In this document: piece after piece, positions 12,410 through 26,300 of the stretch
How the letters are laid out: every line of letters begins with the position of its first letter
Numbering within the stretch: the stretch's first letter is position 1
NCBI RefSeq assembly: GCF_004010195.1
Contig: NC_057719.1
Span: forward strand, 27,137,623 to 27,201,622
Length of the DNA: 64,000 nt
Reading direction: 5' to 3'
From: Chiloscyllium plagiosum
Taxonomy: Eukaryota
Program-made: the position numbers and the translations under genes
Notes under the pieces: model-generated
Told to the model about the DNA's origin: nothing
Database searches by the model: none
What the model saw: the letters and a program-made list of their open reading frames with translations, nothing else

Positions 12410-13398
12410 AGATGGAGTTTAATTTGGATAAATGTGAGGTATTGCATTTTGGGAATACAGGAGAAAATGAGGACTGCTGATGCTGGAAAGTCAGAGTCAA
12501 AAGGTGTGGCATTGGAAAAGCACAGCAGGTCAGGCCGAATCCAAGGAGCAGGATGGAAGGTGATAAGTGGATGCAGGTGGGGGTAATTGTGATAGGTCGG
12601 TGGGAGGGTGGAGCGGATAGATGGGAAGGAAGTTGGACAGGTAGGACAGGATTTTGAGAGTACAAACATGGATGGATTTATACAAGGGCTCTGGGTACTG
12701 TTGTCGAACAGAGAGAGACCCAGGGGTTCAAGTACATAATTCTTTGAAATTTGCCTCACATACAAAGTAACTAAGAGGGCATTTAGCACATTTGCCTTCA
12801 TTGCTCAGACCTTTGAGTGTAGGAGCTGGGATGTCATGTTGAGGTTGTATAGGATGTTGGTGAGGCCTCTTCTGACTACTATATGCATTTCTAGTCACCC
12901 TGTTATAGTAAAGATATTATTAAACTGGAGAGGGTTCAGAAAAGATATTGCCACCAATGGAGGATTTGAGATATAAAAATAGACTGGAAAGACTGGGACT
13001 TCCTTTCACTGGAGTGTAGGAGGCTGAGGGGTGACCTTATTGAGGTTTATAAAATCATGAAGGGCATAAATAAGGGTAACGACAAGAGTCTTATCCCAAG
13101 GGTGGGGGAGTTCAAGACTAGGGGACATATTTTTAAGGTGAGGGGAGAAACATTTAAAAAGGAGATGAAGGGCAACTGTTTTAAACAGAGAATCGTTTGT
13201 GTGTGGAATGAACTGCCAGAGAAAGTGATAGCTGCAGGTACAGTTACAACATTTAAAAGACATTTGGATAAGTACATGAATAGGAAAGGTTTGGAGGGAT
13301 ATGGACCAAATGCAGGCAGATGGGACTAGTTTAGTTTGGGAACATGGTTGGCATGGACTAGTTGCACGAAAGGGTCTGTTTCCATGTTTTATGACTAT
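12410..13398 (+). mobile_element. CR1 LINE 3' portion
   Basis: GEFKTRGHIFKVRG..FKQRIVCVWNELPEKV..FKRHLDKYM..GYGPNAGRWD; CR1 tail. Confidence 0.88.
12460..12650 (-). mobile_element. PLE 3' fragment lacking the hammerhead segment
   Basis: Terminal unit joined directly to upstream PLE 3'UTR; TSD attttg(g/a)ga(a/g)taca at 12446-12459 and 12651-12664. Confidence 0.8.
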
Positions 13399-16072
13399 AA
13401 ATATCAAATATTTGATCCTAGCCTGAACACACAGGTCCCCAAATTACTTCCAACTTGCTGGTGATTAACACTCAATATGAGATTTAGCTGGGCATATCCT
13501 AAATCCTATCTCAGGTTCTGGTGCAATCCTCTAGAGATACCGCCACCACATTTTGCTCCTCAGGCCTAGAACAAAGCAATTCAGAGAACATTCTCAATTT
13601 TCATGCTACTTTTGTCTTTTGTTTTAAGAGTTAAACTTTTCCTCATGTCTACTAGGAATATTTGCACGTGGTACTAGTCGCTGGTTGGCTATTGTAATTG
13701 GCTGACAGTGACTCTTCCAGTTTCAGGACCAGCTATCTTTGCGGCACTATCAAGTAACCACAATTAGCCTCACAACCAATTTTGGCCGAAGCTGGTAGAA
13801 GAGCCTAATTCTCCACTGGTAAAGTGCTATGCAAAAGCATTGAAGAGAATGTGTTTTCCTTACTTACCAACATTTGTCAGCTCAGAGATCACGTTGTTGT
13901 GCCAGTACAGCCATTAGTTGACTATTAACCACAGCAAACTGCCATTATTGTCAAATAAATTCACTGAGTAATGATCAGCAAAAAGAACTGGAAACATTAC
14001 GTTCATCGTCACTTAGATTACAAGCACCACTTTAGATCACTTTGTTATTTAGATAACAAGTCCAGTCATTTCAAAGAGCACAGAAGATGGCTGATACAAG
14101 ATAGTATTTCAAACACACAATTTTAAATATTTTTTAAATGGCACAGGCAAAGCTGTTTATAAAAACTACACAACCTGGAGACAGAGCTAAAGCTTTAAAT
14201 CACTGGTCGACACTTGCTTATACAGTATTCATAGATCTTCCACATTGCCCTACAGATGAACGGGAGGCAATTCATTGTAAACTAGCATTGTTGCTCTTTA
14301 TGCCATTCTTTTGCTCCTCTTTGATTTTACTTCTGTTTCTCTCAGTTTGTCTTTCTATTTTTCTTTCTCCTGTTGGATGAGAAGCACTGATTGCCGGAGG
14401 TCGCTTTGCTCCGATACCCCTTGCCTGCTTTTCATCATTCCCACCCCTTAGGACTATCCCCGTCTTCTGATTTTTCCCATGATTTCACAGCTGCATCTGT
14501 TTCCCACCCTGAACATCTTCATCCTCACTTTATTATTTTCTCTGTGTCACAGCACTTTGTTGCTTCCTGGTTCATATTTTTTTTCAAATTTTTCACCAGA
14601 TAGTTTTGAATCCATTCTTCGCTGATTTTTGTTTCCTAATGATGCTATCAGTGAAGGTGACTGCAATCAGACTTGTTGTCAGAACTTCAATTGTTTCATT
14701 CATATCCTCCCAGAGTTTTGCCAGTACATAAACTTCAACAGCGGCTGTGGGCTAGAGCCAATCATACTCTGAGGTGGAAGCTCCTCAGCTGCATGAAAGC
14801 ATCATTGACAGATGAAGGCAACTCAGCACTATCACCTTTCATAGGACAATAAGGGATGGGAGAGCAATGGGGCTAACCAGGAGTTAGAAGTGCTGGTTGG
14901 ATAGGTGAAGTAAGGAAGACCAGGAATGGGATTAACCGCGGATTAGTATTTACTGCAGAACAGTGTAGTAACTTGGAGAATCCAGTGGGAAAAAAGATAA
15001 TTGGAGCTCCATGGCTTTACCGAGAATAAACAAAGGCATGAGATCAAACATTTGAAATGGAAAAGCTTGGGGAAAAGGAGGTGCAAGGTTTTTAAGTGAG
15101 AGCACCTCAGCCATGAGACACTTCATCATAAATAAGAAAGGAATTATCACCTCATTGGGATTGTATTATAGACCCCTAAAAATCAGCAGGAAATTGAGAA
15201 ACAAATTTGTAAGGAGATTTCAGTTATCTGTAAGAATAACAGGGTGGTTATGGTGGGGGATTTTAACTTTCTGAACATAGACTGGGACTGCCATAGTGTT
15301 AAGGATTTCGATGGAGAGGAATTTATTAAGTGTGCACAAGAAATTTTTCTGATTCAGTACGTGGATGTACCTACCAGAGAAGGTGCAAAACTTGACCTAT
15401 TTCTTGGGAAATAAGACAGGGCAGGTGACTGAGGTGTCAGTGGGGGAGCACTTTGAGGCCAGTGACCATAATTCTATTAGTTTTAAAATACTGATGGATA
15501 AGGATAGACCAGATCTAAAAGTTGAAGTTCTAAATTGGAGAAGGACCAATTTTGACGGTATTAGGCAAGAACTTTCAAAAGCTGATTGGAGGCAGATGTT
15601 CGCAGGTAAAGGGATGGCTGGAAAATGGGAAGCCTTCAGAAATGAAATAATGAGAGTCCAGAGGAAGTGTATTCCTGTTAGGGTGAAAGGGAAGGCTGGC
15701 AGGTATAGGGAATGCTGGATGACTAAAGAAATTGAGTGTTTGGTTAAGAAAAAGAAGGAAGCACGTGTCAGGTATATACAGGATAGATTGAGTGAAGCCT
15801 TACATGAGTATAAAGGCAGTAGGAGTATACTTAAGAGGGAAATCAGGTGGGCAAAAAGGGGACATGAGATAGCGTTGGCAAATAGAATTAAGGAGAATCC
15901 AAAGGGTTTTTGCAAATACGTTAAGGACAAAAGGGTAACTCGGGAGAGAATAGGACCTCTCAAAGATCAGCAAGGCGGCCTTTGTGTGGAGCCGCAGAAA
16001 ATGGAGGAGATACTAAATGAGCATTTTGGATCAGTATTTACTGTAGAAAAGGATATGGAAGATACAGAATGT

Positions 16073-16374
16073 GGGCGGCACAGTGGTTAGAACTGCTGCC
16101 TCACAGCGCCAGAGACCCTGTGTGGAGTTTTCACATTCTCCCCGTGTCTGCGTGGGTTTCCTCCAGGTGCTCGGTTTCCTCCCACAGTCCAAAGATGTGC
16201 AGGTCAGGTGAATTGGCCATGCTAAATTGCCCATAGTATTAGGTAAAAAGATAAATGTAGGGGAATGGGTCTGGGTGGGTTGCGCTTCGGCAGGTCGCTG
16301 TGGTGGGTTGCGCTTCGGCAGGTCGCTGCGGCCTGTTTCCACACTGTAAGTAATCTAATCTAATCTAAAAAAAA
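16073..16374 (+). mobile_element. HE1-type SINE inserted in CR1 A
   Basis: gggcggcacagtggttag head, (taatc)n and A tail; internal 28-bp duplication ~16274-16328. Confidence 0.9.
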
Positions 16375-17589
16375 GATGGTGACATCTTGCAAAATGTCCA
16401 TATGACAGAGGAGGAAGGGCTGGATCTCTTGAAATGCATCATGGCGGATAAATCCCCAGTACCTATCAGGTGTACCCTAGACCTTTTTGGACAGCTAGAG
16501 AAGTGATTGCTGAGCCTCTTACTGAAATATTTGTATCTTCGATTGTCACAGATGAAGTGCTGGAAGACTGGAGGTTGGCTTACGTGGTGCCACTGTTTAG
16601 GAAGGGTGGTAAGGACAAGCCATGGAACTATAGACCAGTGAGCCTGACGTTGGTGGTAGGCAAGTTGTTGGAGGGAATCCTGAGGGACAAGATTTACATG
16701 TAATTGGAAAGGAAAGGACTGATTAGGGATAGTCAACATGGCTTTGTGCGTGGGAAATCATGTCTCACAAACTTGATTCAGCTTTTTGAAGAAGTAACAA
16801 AGAGGATTGATGATGTGATCTATATGGATTTCAGTAAGGCGTTCGACAAAGTTCCCCATGGGAGAATGGTTAGCAAGGTTAGATCGCATGGAATACAGGG
16901 AGAACTAGCCATTTGGATACAGAACTGGCTCAAAGGTAGAAGACAGAGGGTGGTGGTGAAGGGTTGTTTTCCAGACTGGAGGCCTGTGACCAGTGGAGTG
17001 CCACAAGGATCGGTGTTGGGTCCACTTATTTTCGTCATTTATATAAATGATTTGGATGGGAGCATAGGAGGTATAGTTAGTAAGTTTGCAGATGACACCA
17101 AAATTAGAGGTGTAGTGGACAGCAAAGAAGATTGCCTCCGATTACAATGGGATCTTGATCAGATGGCCAGTGGGCTGAGAAGTGGCAGATGGAGTTTAAT
17201 TCAGATAAATGTGAAGCGCTGCATTTTGGGAAAGCAAATCTTTGCAGGACTTATACACTTAATGGTAAGGTCCTAGGGGGTGATGCTTAACAAAGGAACC
17301 TTGGAGTGCAGGTTCATAACTCCTTGAAAGTGGAGTCGCAGGTAGATAGGATAGTGAAGAAGGCATTTGGTATGCTTTCCTTTATTGGTCAGAGTATTGA
17401 GTACAGGAGTTGGGAGGTCATGTTGCAGCTGTACAGGACATTGGTTAGGCCACTGTTGGAATATTGCGTGCAATTCTGGTCTCCTTCCTATTGGAAAGAT
17501 GTTGTGAAACTTGAAAGGGTTCAGAAACGATTTACAAGGATGTTGCCAGGGTTGGAGGATTTGAGCTATAGGGGGAGGTTGAACAGGCT

Positions 17590-20081
17590 TACAGGATGGC
17601 TTTTTGGAACAGCTTTTCAGGGAGCCCATAAGGGAGCAGGCTATTCTGGATCTAGTGCTATGTAATGAACCAGACTTTTTAAAAGATCTTAAAATAAGGG
17701 AACACTTAGGAAGCAGCGATCATAATATGGTAGCGTTCAGTCTGCAGTTTGAAAGAGAGAAGGCAAAATCGGATGTAATGGTGTTACAGTTAAATAAAGG
17801 TAATTATGAGGGCATGAGGGAGGAACTGACGAAAATAGACTGGAAGCAGAGCCTAGCCTAGTAGAGCAAAAATGGCAGGAGTTTGTGGGTAAAATTGAGG
17901 ACACTGTACAGAGGTTCATCCCCAAGAAGAGAAAGATTATCCGGGGAGGGCTTAGACAGCCATGGCTGACAAAGGAAGTCAGGAAATGTATTAAAGAAAA
18001 AGAGAGATCCTATAAAGTGGTCAAGAGCACTGGGAAATCAGAAGATTGGGAAGGCTACAAAAACAAACAGAGGATAACAAAGAGAGAAATAAGGAAGGAG
18101 AGGATCAAATATGAAGGTAGGCTAGCCAGTAATATTAGAAATGATAGTAAAAGTTTCTTTCAATTCATAAGAAACAAACGACAGGCAAGAGTAGACATTG
18201 GGCCACTTCAAACTGATGCTGGAAGGCTAGTGGTGGGAGATAAGGAAATAGCTGGAGAACTTAATAAGTACTTTGTGTCAATCTTCACAGTGGAAGACAT
18301 GAGTAATATCCCAACAACTAAAGGGAGTCAAGGGGCTGAGTTGAGTATGGTTGCCATTACAAAAGAGAAAGTGCTAGAAAAACTAAAAGGTCTTAAAATT
18401 GATAGATCTCCTTGCCCCAATGGGAGTTCTGAGGGAGGTGGCTGAGGAAACAGCGGAGGCGTTGGTTGAGATCTTTCAAAAGCCACTGGAGTCAGGGAAA
18501 GTCCCGGATAATTGGAAGATCGCTGTTGTAACCCCCTTGTTCAAGAAAGGATCAAGACAAAAGATGGAAAATTATAGGCCAATTAGCCTAACCTCGGTTG
18601 TTGGTAAAATTCTAGAATCCATCATTAAGGATGAGGTTTCTAAATTCTTGGAAGAGCAGGGTCAGATTAGAACAAGTCAACATGGATTTAGTAAGGGGAG
18701 GTTGTGCCTGACAAACCTGTTGGGATTCTTTGAAGAGGTGACAAGTAGGTTAGACCAGTGGATGTGGTCTATCTAGACTTCCAAAAGGAGCCACATGGGA
18801 GGCTGCTGAGTAAGGTGAGGGCCCAGAGGTTGTGCCTGACAAACCTGTTGGGATTCTTTGAAGAGGTGACAAGTAGGTTAGACCAGTGGATGTGGTCTAT
18901 CTAGACTTCCAAAAGACCTTTGATAAGGAGCCACATGGGAGGCTGCTGAGTAAGGTGAGGGCCCATGGTGTTCGAGGTGAGCTACTGGTATGGATTGAGG
19001 ATTGGCTGTCTGACAGAAGGCAGAGTTAGGATAAAAGGTTCTTTTTCGGAATGGCAGCCGGTGACAAGCGGTGTCCCGTAGGGTTCAGTATTGGGGCCGC
19101 AGCTGTTCACGTTATATATTAATGATCTGGATGATGGTACTGGGGACATTCTAGCGAAGTTTGCCGATGATACAAAGTTAGGTGGACAGGCAGGTAGTAC
19201 TGAGGAAACGGGGAGGCTGCAGAAGGATCTAGACAGTTTGGGAGAGTGGTCCAGGAAATGGCTGATGGAATTCAACGTGAGCAAATGCGAGGTCTTGCAC
19301 TTTGGAACAAAGAATACAAGCATGGACTACTTTCTAAACGGTGAGAAAATTCATAAAGCCAAAGTACAAAGAGATCTGGGAGCGCTATCGAGGATTCTCT
19401 AAAGGTAAACATGCAGGTTGAGTCCGTGATTAAGAAAGTGAATGCAGTGTTGTCATTTATCTCAAGAGGGTTGGAATATAAAAGCACCGATGTGCCACTG
19501 AGGCTTTATAAAGGTCTGGTTAGGCCCCATTTGGAGTACTGTGTCCAGTTTTGGTCCCCACACCTCAGGAAGGACATACTGGCACTGGAGCGTGTCCAGA
19601 GGAGATTCACACGGATGATCCCTGGAATGGTAGGTCTAACATATGAGGAACGGCTGAAGATCCTGGGATTGTATTCGTTGGAGTTTAGAAGATTAATGGG
19701 AGATCTAATGGAAACTTACAAGATAATACATGGCTCGGAAAGGGTGGATGCTAGGAAATTGTTTCCGTTAGGTGAGGAGACTAGGACCCGTGGACACTGC
19801 CTTAGAATTAGAGGGGGTAAATTCAGAACAGAAATGCGGAGACATTTCTTCAGCCAGAGAGTGATGGGCCTGTGGAATTCATTGCCGTGGAGTGCAGTGG
19901 AGGCCGGGACGCTAAATGTCTTCAAGGCAGAGATTAATAAATTCTTGATGTCACAAGGAATTAAGGGCTACGGGGAGAATGCGGGTAAGTGGAGTTGAAA
20001 TGCCCATCAGCCATGATTGAATGGTGGAGTGGACTCGATGGGCCGAATGGCCTTACTTCCACTCCTATGTCTTATGGTCTT
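17590..20081 (+). mobile_element. CR1 LINE B (5'-truncated, different subfamily) nested in CR1 A
   Basis: AILDLVLCNE..GSSDHN, NYRPISLTSVVGK, KFADDTKLGG, RPHLEYCVQFWSP, tail (tcttatgg)n; flanks acaggct (17583-17589) / ataggct (20082-20088). Confidence 0.92.
18698..18965 (+). repeat. Tandem duplication (128 + 140 bp) inside CR1 B
   Basis: 18698-18825 repeats at 18826-18965; the first copy lacks 12 bp (acctttgataag). Confidence 0.95.
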
Positions 20082-21289
20082 ATAGGCTGGGGCTGTTTTC
20101 CCTGGAGCATCAGAGGCTGAGGGGTGACCTTATAGAGGTTTACAAAATCATGTGGGGCACGGATAGGATAAATAGACAAAGTCTTTTCCCTGGGGCAGGG
20201 GAGTCCAGAACCAGAGGGCATAGATTTAGGATGAGAGGGGAAAGATATAAAAGAGACCTAAGGGGCAACGTTTATGTGTGATCTTCACACATAACCAAGG
20301 TCCAAGGCATTGGGAAAGGAAATAAAATAATGGTTACTGGTGATACATATCAAGTCATATAAACAAAGGTCACATGGCAAATTACATATGATCAAATCTT
20401 CTTAAGTATCTCCAAACAGACTTGGGGACTCTACATCTTTTACAGCTTTCAGGCCTTCTGGCCAGTGGGCTGGAGATTGCAACACTGGGATCAATGGGAG
20501 ATCAGTTCAGATAATTTTTCATAATGATATGTAAGTGTACTTGTTGCCACAAAATTCACTGTGGTGATAAAGAGTAAAGAGTAAATCTAATGATATTTAA
20601 CTTAACAGATATAAAAGAGACATGACAAAGCAGTGATAGAGGCATGACAAGGTAATGATGTAAGGTCACTTATATCAACACTTGTACACACAGTCTAACA
20701 ACGTCTACCATTTGTCAACATTCAATAGATTTCTTTCTCAGAAAATCTCAAGAATAATCTGTGCCAGACGTTGTCCACATGACAATTTCACATTCATAGC
20801 TGTGCCTTTGAGGTGATCTATCAGAGCAGAGACCAAGCAGTTCTTATAGGGAAGGAAGCAACAACCAGAACAGATGTGTTTTTCTGAAGTATGCCTGTGC
20901 TTCTTTTAGCCTCTTTCTATAATGTTTTTTTCCCACAATTCCACAAGTGATTTTTAGTGCCACCTCTTATGCCAAGTTAGTTTTCTACTTTTTAACACAA
21001 GTGATTGTGCAGATACGTTCAGTTGCATCACTTGTAGTTTATACCAAGGGGATTTCAGTCAGTCCAAAGGAAGAAGGGATGCAAGGCAGATGATATTAGA
21101 ACTGAGGAAAATAGTCTCACCCATTATAATCTTTAGTTGAGCACTTACAGATAGAGGCACATCTGCATTGGTATTTCTGAGGAACCTTAATCTTACTTGT
21201 GACAGACATGTATTGTGTCTGGAATCTGACCTTCATGCAAACTGTAGCTGTCGAGGCCAACATCACCATTGCCTTTTATTTGACAATTA

Positions 21290-22020
21290 TTTCTCATTCC
21301 ATGTTGTTATGAGAACAGCAGCAACATTATCAACCTAGAGTTCATAGATATATCTAGATGGCCAATGCTGAATGGGATAGGTTCAGAACAGCTCTAGCAG
21401 CTCTAAAATGGGTGTACGTGAGGTATTGTGGGCTATTCACAGCAGGAAAATTGTATTCAACCACAGTCTGTAGTCTCATGTGTGGGTATATCATTATTGT
21501 TCCATTGTCATCAAGCTTGGACATCAGTACTGGTTCAAATAAAAGCACATGGCAATTTGCTAGTAGCAACACATTAACAGTTACATATGAGGTGCCAACT
21601 CATGACATAACAACACAGGCCACACACACTAAACAGCAGACAGAAGCAGCATAAAAAACAGAGTTAACTAGCAGATCAGATCTAAGTTCTGCAGTCCTGC
21701 CATATCCAGCTATAAATGGAGGTGAACATTTCAACAATCAACTGAAGGAAGCTATAGAAACATGTACATCCCCAACGATGGGGGAACTTGGCACATCGTC
21801 AATGTAAAAGACAAGGCTGATACAGTTGGAACCAGAACTGCTGAATGGTTGATCCAATATAGCCAACTTCTGAGGTTTCCAACATTACAGATGGCAGTCA
21901 TCAGCCAATTCAGTTTAATCCATGTAATATCAGGAAGTGGTTGAAGGTACTTGGTGCAGCAAAGTTGATGGACTTTCATAACATCCAGCAAAAGTACAGA
22001 AGATTTGTGCTCCAGAGCTC
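21290..22020 (+). mobile_element. Old decayed LINE fragment (same group as 11100-12400)
   Basis: A.WDRFRT.LA motif; shared text with 37380-38200 (gatctaagttctgcagt.ctgcca, catcccca..ttcaatga). Confidence 0.5.
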
Positions 22021-22359
22021 TGTCTTTCGAAAAGGCTTTTGAATGCCAATTTGTTTATTTTGACAGTTTTATGAGCATCCCAAAACCTTCCTAATGTTTT
22101 CATGGGCCCCTGAGTTTTTGAGTTCAGAGCAAATACTGGATAAATAAGAATGGTCTGATATAAGGGCTCAGGAATATGGACAGGGCATGGGGTTTATGTG
22201 AGGTAAGAGATGATTGAGAACAACGGTGCCTAAGGTGTCTAACATTCATTTATAAAATTAAGCAGATCAGTTAGAGGACTAAGGCAGGCTTTCGAACCTG
22301 CCCATTTAAGCAGTTACCATGGTAACACAATGCTGAGCCAGCAGAGCTTCATCAATTTT

Positions 22360-23350
22360 CAGAGTCAGTGTTGGGACCACACCTATCCACGTTACATATT
22401 GACGATCTGGAGTAAGGGGTTGAGGGCATTGTGGCTAGGTTTGCAGATCACACAGCGCTAGTTGGTGGGACAGGACAGGTTGAGGAAGCAGGGAGGTTGC
22501 AGAAGGACTTGGACAGGCCAAAAGGATGGACAAAGAAGTGGAAAATTTTTAAAATGTGGGAAAGTGTGAAGTTATTTAGTTTGCTAGGATGAATAGAGGC
22601 ATAGACTGTTTTCTAAATGTGAGAGGCTTTGGAAGTCTGAAGCACAAAGTGATTTGGGGAGTCCTAGTTCAGCATTCTCTTATGATTAACATGCAAATTC
22701 AGTTCTCAGATAAGAAGACAAATGCCTTCTTTTCGAGAGGTCGAGAATATATGAGGATGAATATACTGCTGCGACTGTATAAGGCTCTGGTCAGACAGCA
22801 TTTGGAATATTGAGAGCAGTTTTGGGCCTTGTATACAGTATAAGGAAGGATGCGCAGGACTTGGGGAAATTCCAGGGGAGGTTTACATCACGAGGATGAA
22901 TGGCTTATCATGTGAGGAGCGGTTGAGGACTCTGGATCTGTACTCAGGAAACTTTAGAAGGATGAGGGAGGGATCTCATTGAAACTTAGAGAATACCAAG
23001 AGGCCTGGATAGAGTGGATGTGGAGAAGATGTTCCAACTAGCAGAAAAAAACTAAACCCAAGGGCACAGCCTCAAACTGAAGGGATGACCCTTTAGAACT
23101 GAGATGAAGAGGACTTTCTGCAGCCAGAGGGTAGTTAATCTGTGGAACTCTTTGCCACAAAGGGCCGTGGAGGCCAAGTCATTGAGTGTATTTAAGATAG
23201 AATGAGATAGACTCTTGATTGGTAAGGGGATCAAGGATTATGGGAAGAAGGCAGGAGAATGAGGTTGAGAAACATATCAGTCATGATCGAATGGCAGAGC
23301 AAACTCGATGGGTTAAATGGCCAATTCTGCTGCCGTATCTTATGGTCTTT
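22360..23350 (+). mobile_element. CR1 LINE 3' portion, decayed
   Basis: SVLGP.L, LRLYKALVRQHLEY, FFCSQRVVNLWNSLP, tail tcttatggtctt. Confidence 0.85.
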
Positions 23351-26300
23351 TCCATTCCATTTTGGTCTGCGTCTGGAGGTGGTGGCTTCAACTCCAGCCT
23401 GTTCCTGCTGCTTCATCATTTCAATCACAAATTCAAAGGAGTGCTGCAGGCAGAAGAGTTTATTTGAACCAGGAAATGACTCATCACAATTCCCACCATG
23501 ACGATGAAAATCTGGTGCTGGCTGATTCGTTTGATGCACTGTGAAGGGGATAGGAGCTTAAGTGAATCAAAGCATGAAGGCTTAATGCTGGATGAATGGG
23601 AATGGGGTCTTGTCTTTTAGCCTGGTCTTGTCACCATAAGCACACCTCTGAGGGCAAGCTTGATCCAAGGTTCTCCCACCCTCCAGACGATGAAATGTTT
23701 ACCTCCCAGAGCTCCTGGTTGGAGGTGGGATTGCAAGGTTGGGAATATTCCTGTCTGCTCTTGTTCCTATCACGAAAATTTGGACCCAGGCTTTTTTTTA
23801 CCAGTCTCCAACAAAAGTCATGCAGTTTTTAAAAGAAAAATTTCCGACCCTTCCCTCTGGGGCGAGGAAGAGCACACAAATGAATGCTTGAATGCCACAG
23901 ATATTGTGGTACAACTGACTTTCCTAACAGGAGTCCAAATGATTGCCCATTTCAAGCACCACCCTCCATAAGATTTCCCAGAAGACAGTGAAGCAGGCAG
24001 CCGTTCGTTACTTTTACTCATTGGGCAAGTTACCTGTGGGAGCATTTACAGTGCCCAACAACTTGCCCGTTGTAAGTTAGATGAGGCCCAATGACTAATT
24101 TCTACCAATCCTGAGGCCTCATAGTTCAGGTCTCCACAGCATCATGTCTGTGATTGGCCATTGTTCACCCTATTACATTTTAGGTTGAGATCATAAAACT
24201 GTCTTGAGACCTTGCAAACGTAATTTTATTTAAACAATTGACAGCAATTCATTTCCCCCTAGCTTTTGGGCTGTGATTCACACTGAAACTTCTGCCTCAG
24301 TGAAAGCAGATAGCTGAAGCAGTTGTTGCTTCCGGGAGTCCAGCATTGTTGAAGTCTGTTTAAAATATGCAGTCATATCAAGTTCCTCCATGAACAATTG
24401 TTTCAAATCAGAGTCTGAGACCCCAGGGCATTGATGACATAATTTCAAACAAATCAGCCCCTTGTTTAAATTTCTATCTTTGTGGTAATGCAATATGAGA
24501 CAAAATTAGTTTCCAATAGAATGGCACTATAATAAAAAATGTCACTCAGCCTCCCCTCAAGTTAATAGGATTGAGGCTTCTTCATTACTATCTGATATAC
24601 CCCCTTCTGATTTCTAATTTCCTGACATTAGGTAGCAATGTACTCAATAATCCAGCACGTCTGAATCAAATCGAACATTGGGCCAGACAATGAATACCAC
24701 TCTACTAAAGAGTAGTTATAAATCTAAAATAATATTAGACTTTCTATTCTGCTAAATCCACCTGTTATCTATGAAATGGTATTTCAACCAGTTTTAAGGA
24801 GGTTGATATTATGAATTACAACAGCGGCATGCTTCATCACCTATATTGATAGAAATTTATTTGTACTGCCATAGGATTCAACCCTTGTCACCCATCAGAC
24901 TGAAGCTGATACTTCAGTCGCAAAATCCTGATCAGAAAATATGTGCAGTATTTCAATACTTCCTCCCATTTTAAAAACAGACCCAATCGTTTGTTAAATA
25001 ACTTATAGGAATTCACATCTTTGGCGAATAGGTAGTGACATATAGAAAGCTGCTATACACTATCATCAGATGATCGGTCAAAAGCTGCTTCCAGTTAATT
25101 GAAAAGAACAATTAGCATCTTAGATCGAATGATAATTACATTGTTGGCACTCAGTAGCACATGCCATGGGTTAAATTGTATTTAGCAAGGCATATACTTG
25201 AACTAATTATGAGGCAAGTGCTACTCATCACTGACAAGAATTCATTACAAAGGAATGCTCCCTAGGTTATATGGTGATTGCTGTAACAAGAACACCATAT
25301 TTCCATTAGCTTACTTCTTGAATGGACTCAGCTCCAAGTTGCATTTACCCAGGAATATTTAATATTCTATAGCATTGAATTAATGACATTGTTCACTCTG
25401 CCTTCTGTGACACACATGTAATTTCTCTCTTGCTGCTTCTACAGAGTCACCTATTAATGGCACATCTGTCAAAGAAAAGGTACTTTTTTTTTTGCAAAAT
25501 TAAATACATTCTCAATTTGAAGCCATTGAGGTTTGAGGTTGAAATAATTTTTCAGATCGTTTTCATGAGTGGCACTAAGAGTGCTTACCATCTATTTCAG
25601 TGAAAGTAATCCCTTCAGAAATAACCAGAATTTTTCATGCTTGCACAGCTGTACATAAAACATTTTAACATTAATTTAATTAATTTCCGTAATTGACTTA
25701 GCACCTAATTGCATTTGGCTCAAAAACTAAACTATATATGGAGAATAAATGGGGAAAATGCTTGGAAATGCCATGAAACTCAAATTAAATGCCATGATTT
25801 AATACAGAGATTGAGTAAATGAACACGAAAGATAAACACAGTATATCTTGAAAATGAAGATTTGGTTTTGTTCCAACTGTTGGAATTATTGCATTCTACA
25901 AGACTGAGATGAACCGATTTACTCAGGTGAGTCTTGTTTTAGCTTGTGGGCCAGCAAGGAGGTGGGAGAACTGGTCCCTGTATCAACATATGACACAGTA
26001 TCTCCTATTCTAATAGGTCCAACCTCATCCTTCCTCACTCTAAGTTACTCGTGTTCTTCTAATTAGTAGGCATTTAAAACCTAAGCTCAGTGTCATCTAA
26101 TTAAAACTCCCTCATTTATCTAACCTGTATTGTGCGTTTCCTCCTCTATTGCATTATTTCTTTTCTCCCCAGCCACTGCAGTGTAATATCCATTGAAAGA
26201 AAGGATTATGGAAATTAGAAAAGACGATTTGGTCCATTTATCATATCCAGTAAGTTGGATCAATGTTCTGGGCATGTGCAGGCCATTACATTTTATCTTC

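Larger units (their letters stand above)
15150..20273 (+). mobile_element. CR1 LINE A (ORF2 pseudogene; parts 15150-16072, 16375-17589, 20082-20273)
   Basis: APE GDFNF..IDW and SDHN; RT NYRPVSLT, QHGFVRGKSCLTNL, DFSKAFDKVPH, SGVPQGSVLGP, KFADDTK; frameshifted; sequence resumes across two insertions. Confidence 0.92.

Noticed and set aside
14380..14800. Possible decayed coding fragment on the minus strand
   Set aside because: No recognisable motif; cannot be supported without a search.
15365..19998. Run of RT/endonuclease ORFs as an active or novel RT system
   Set aside because: Two nested CR1 copies with multiple frameshifts and stops.
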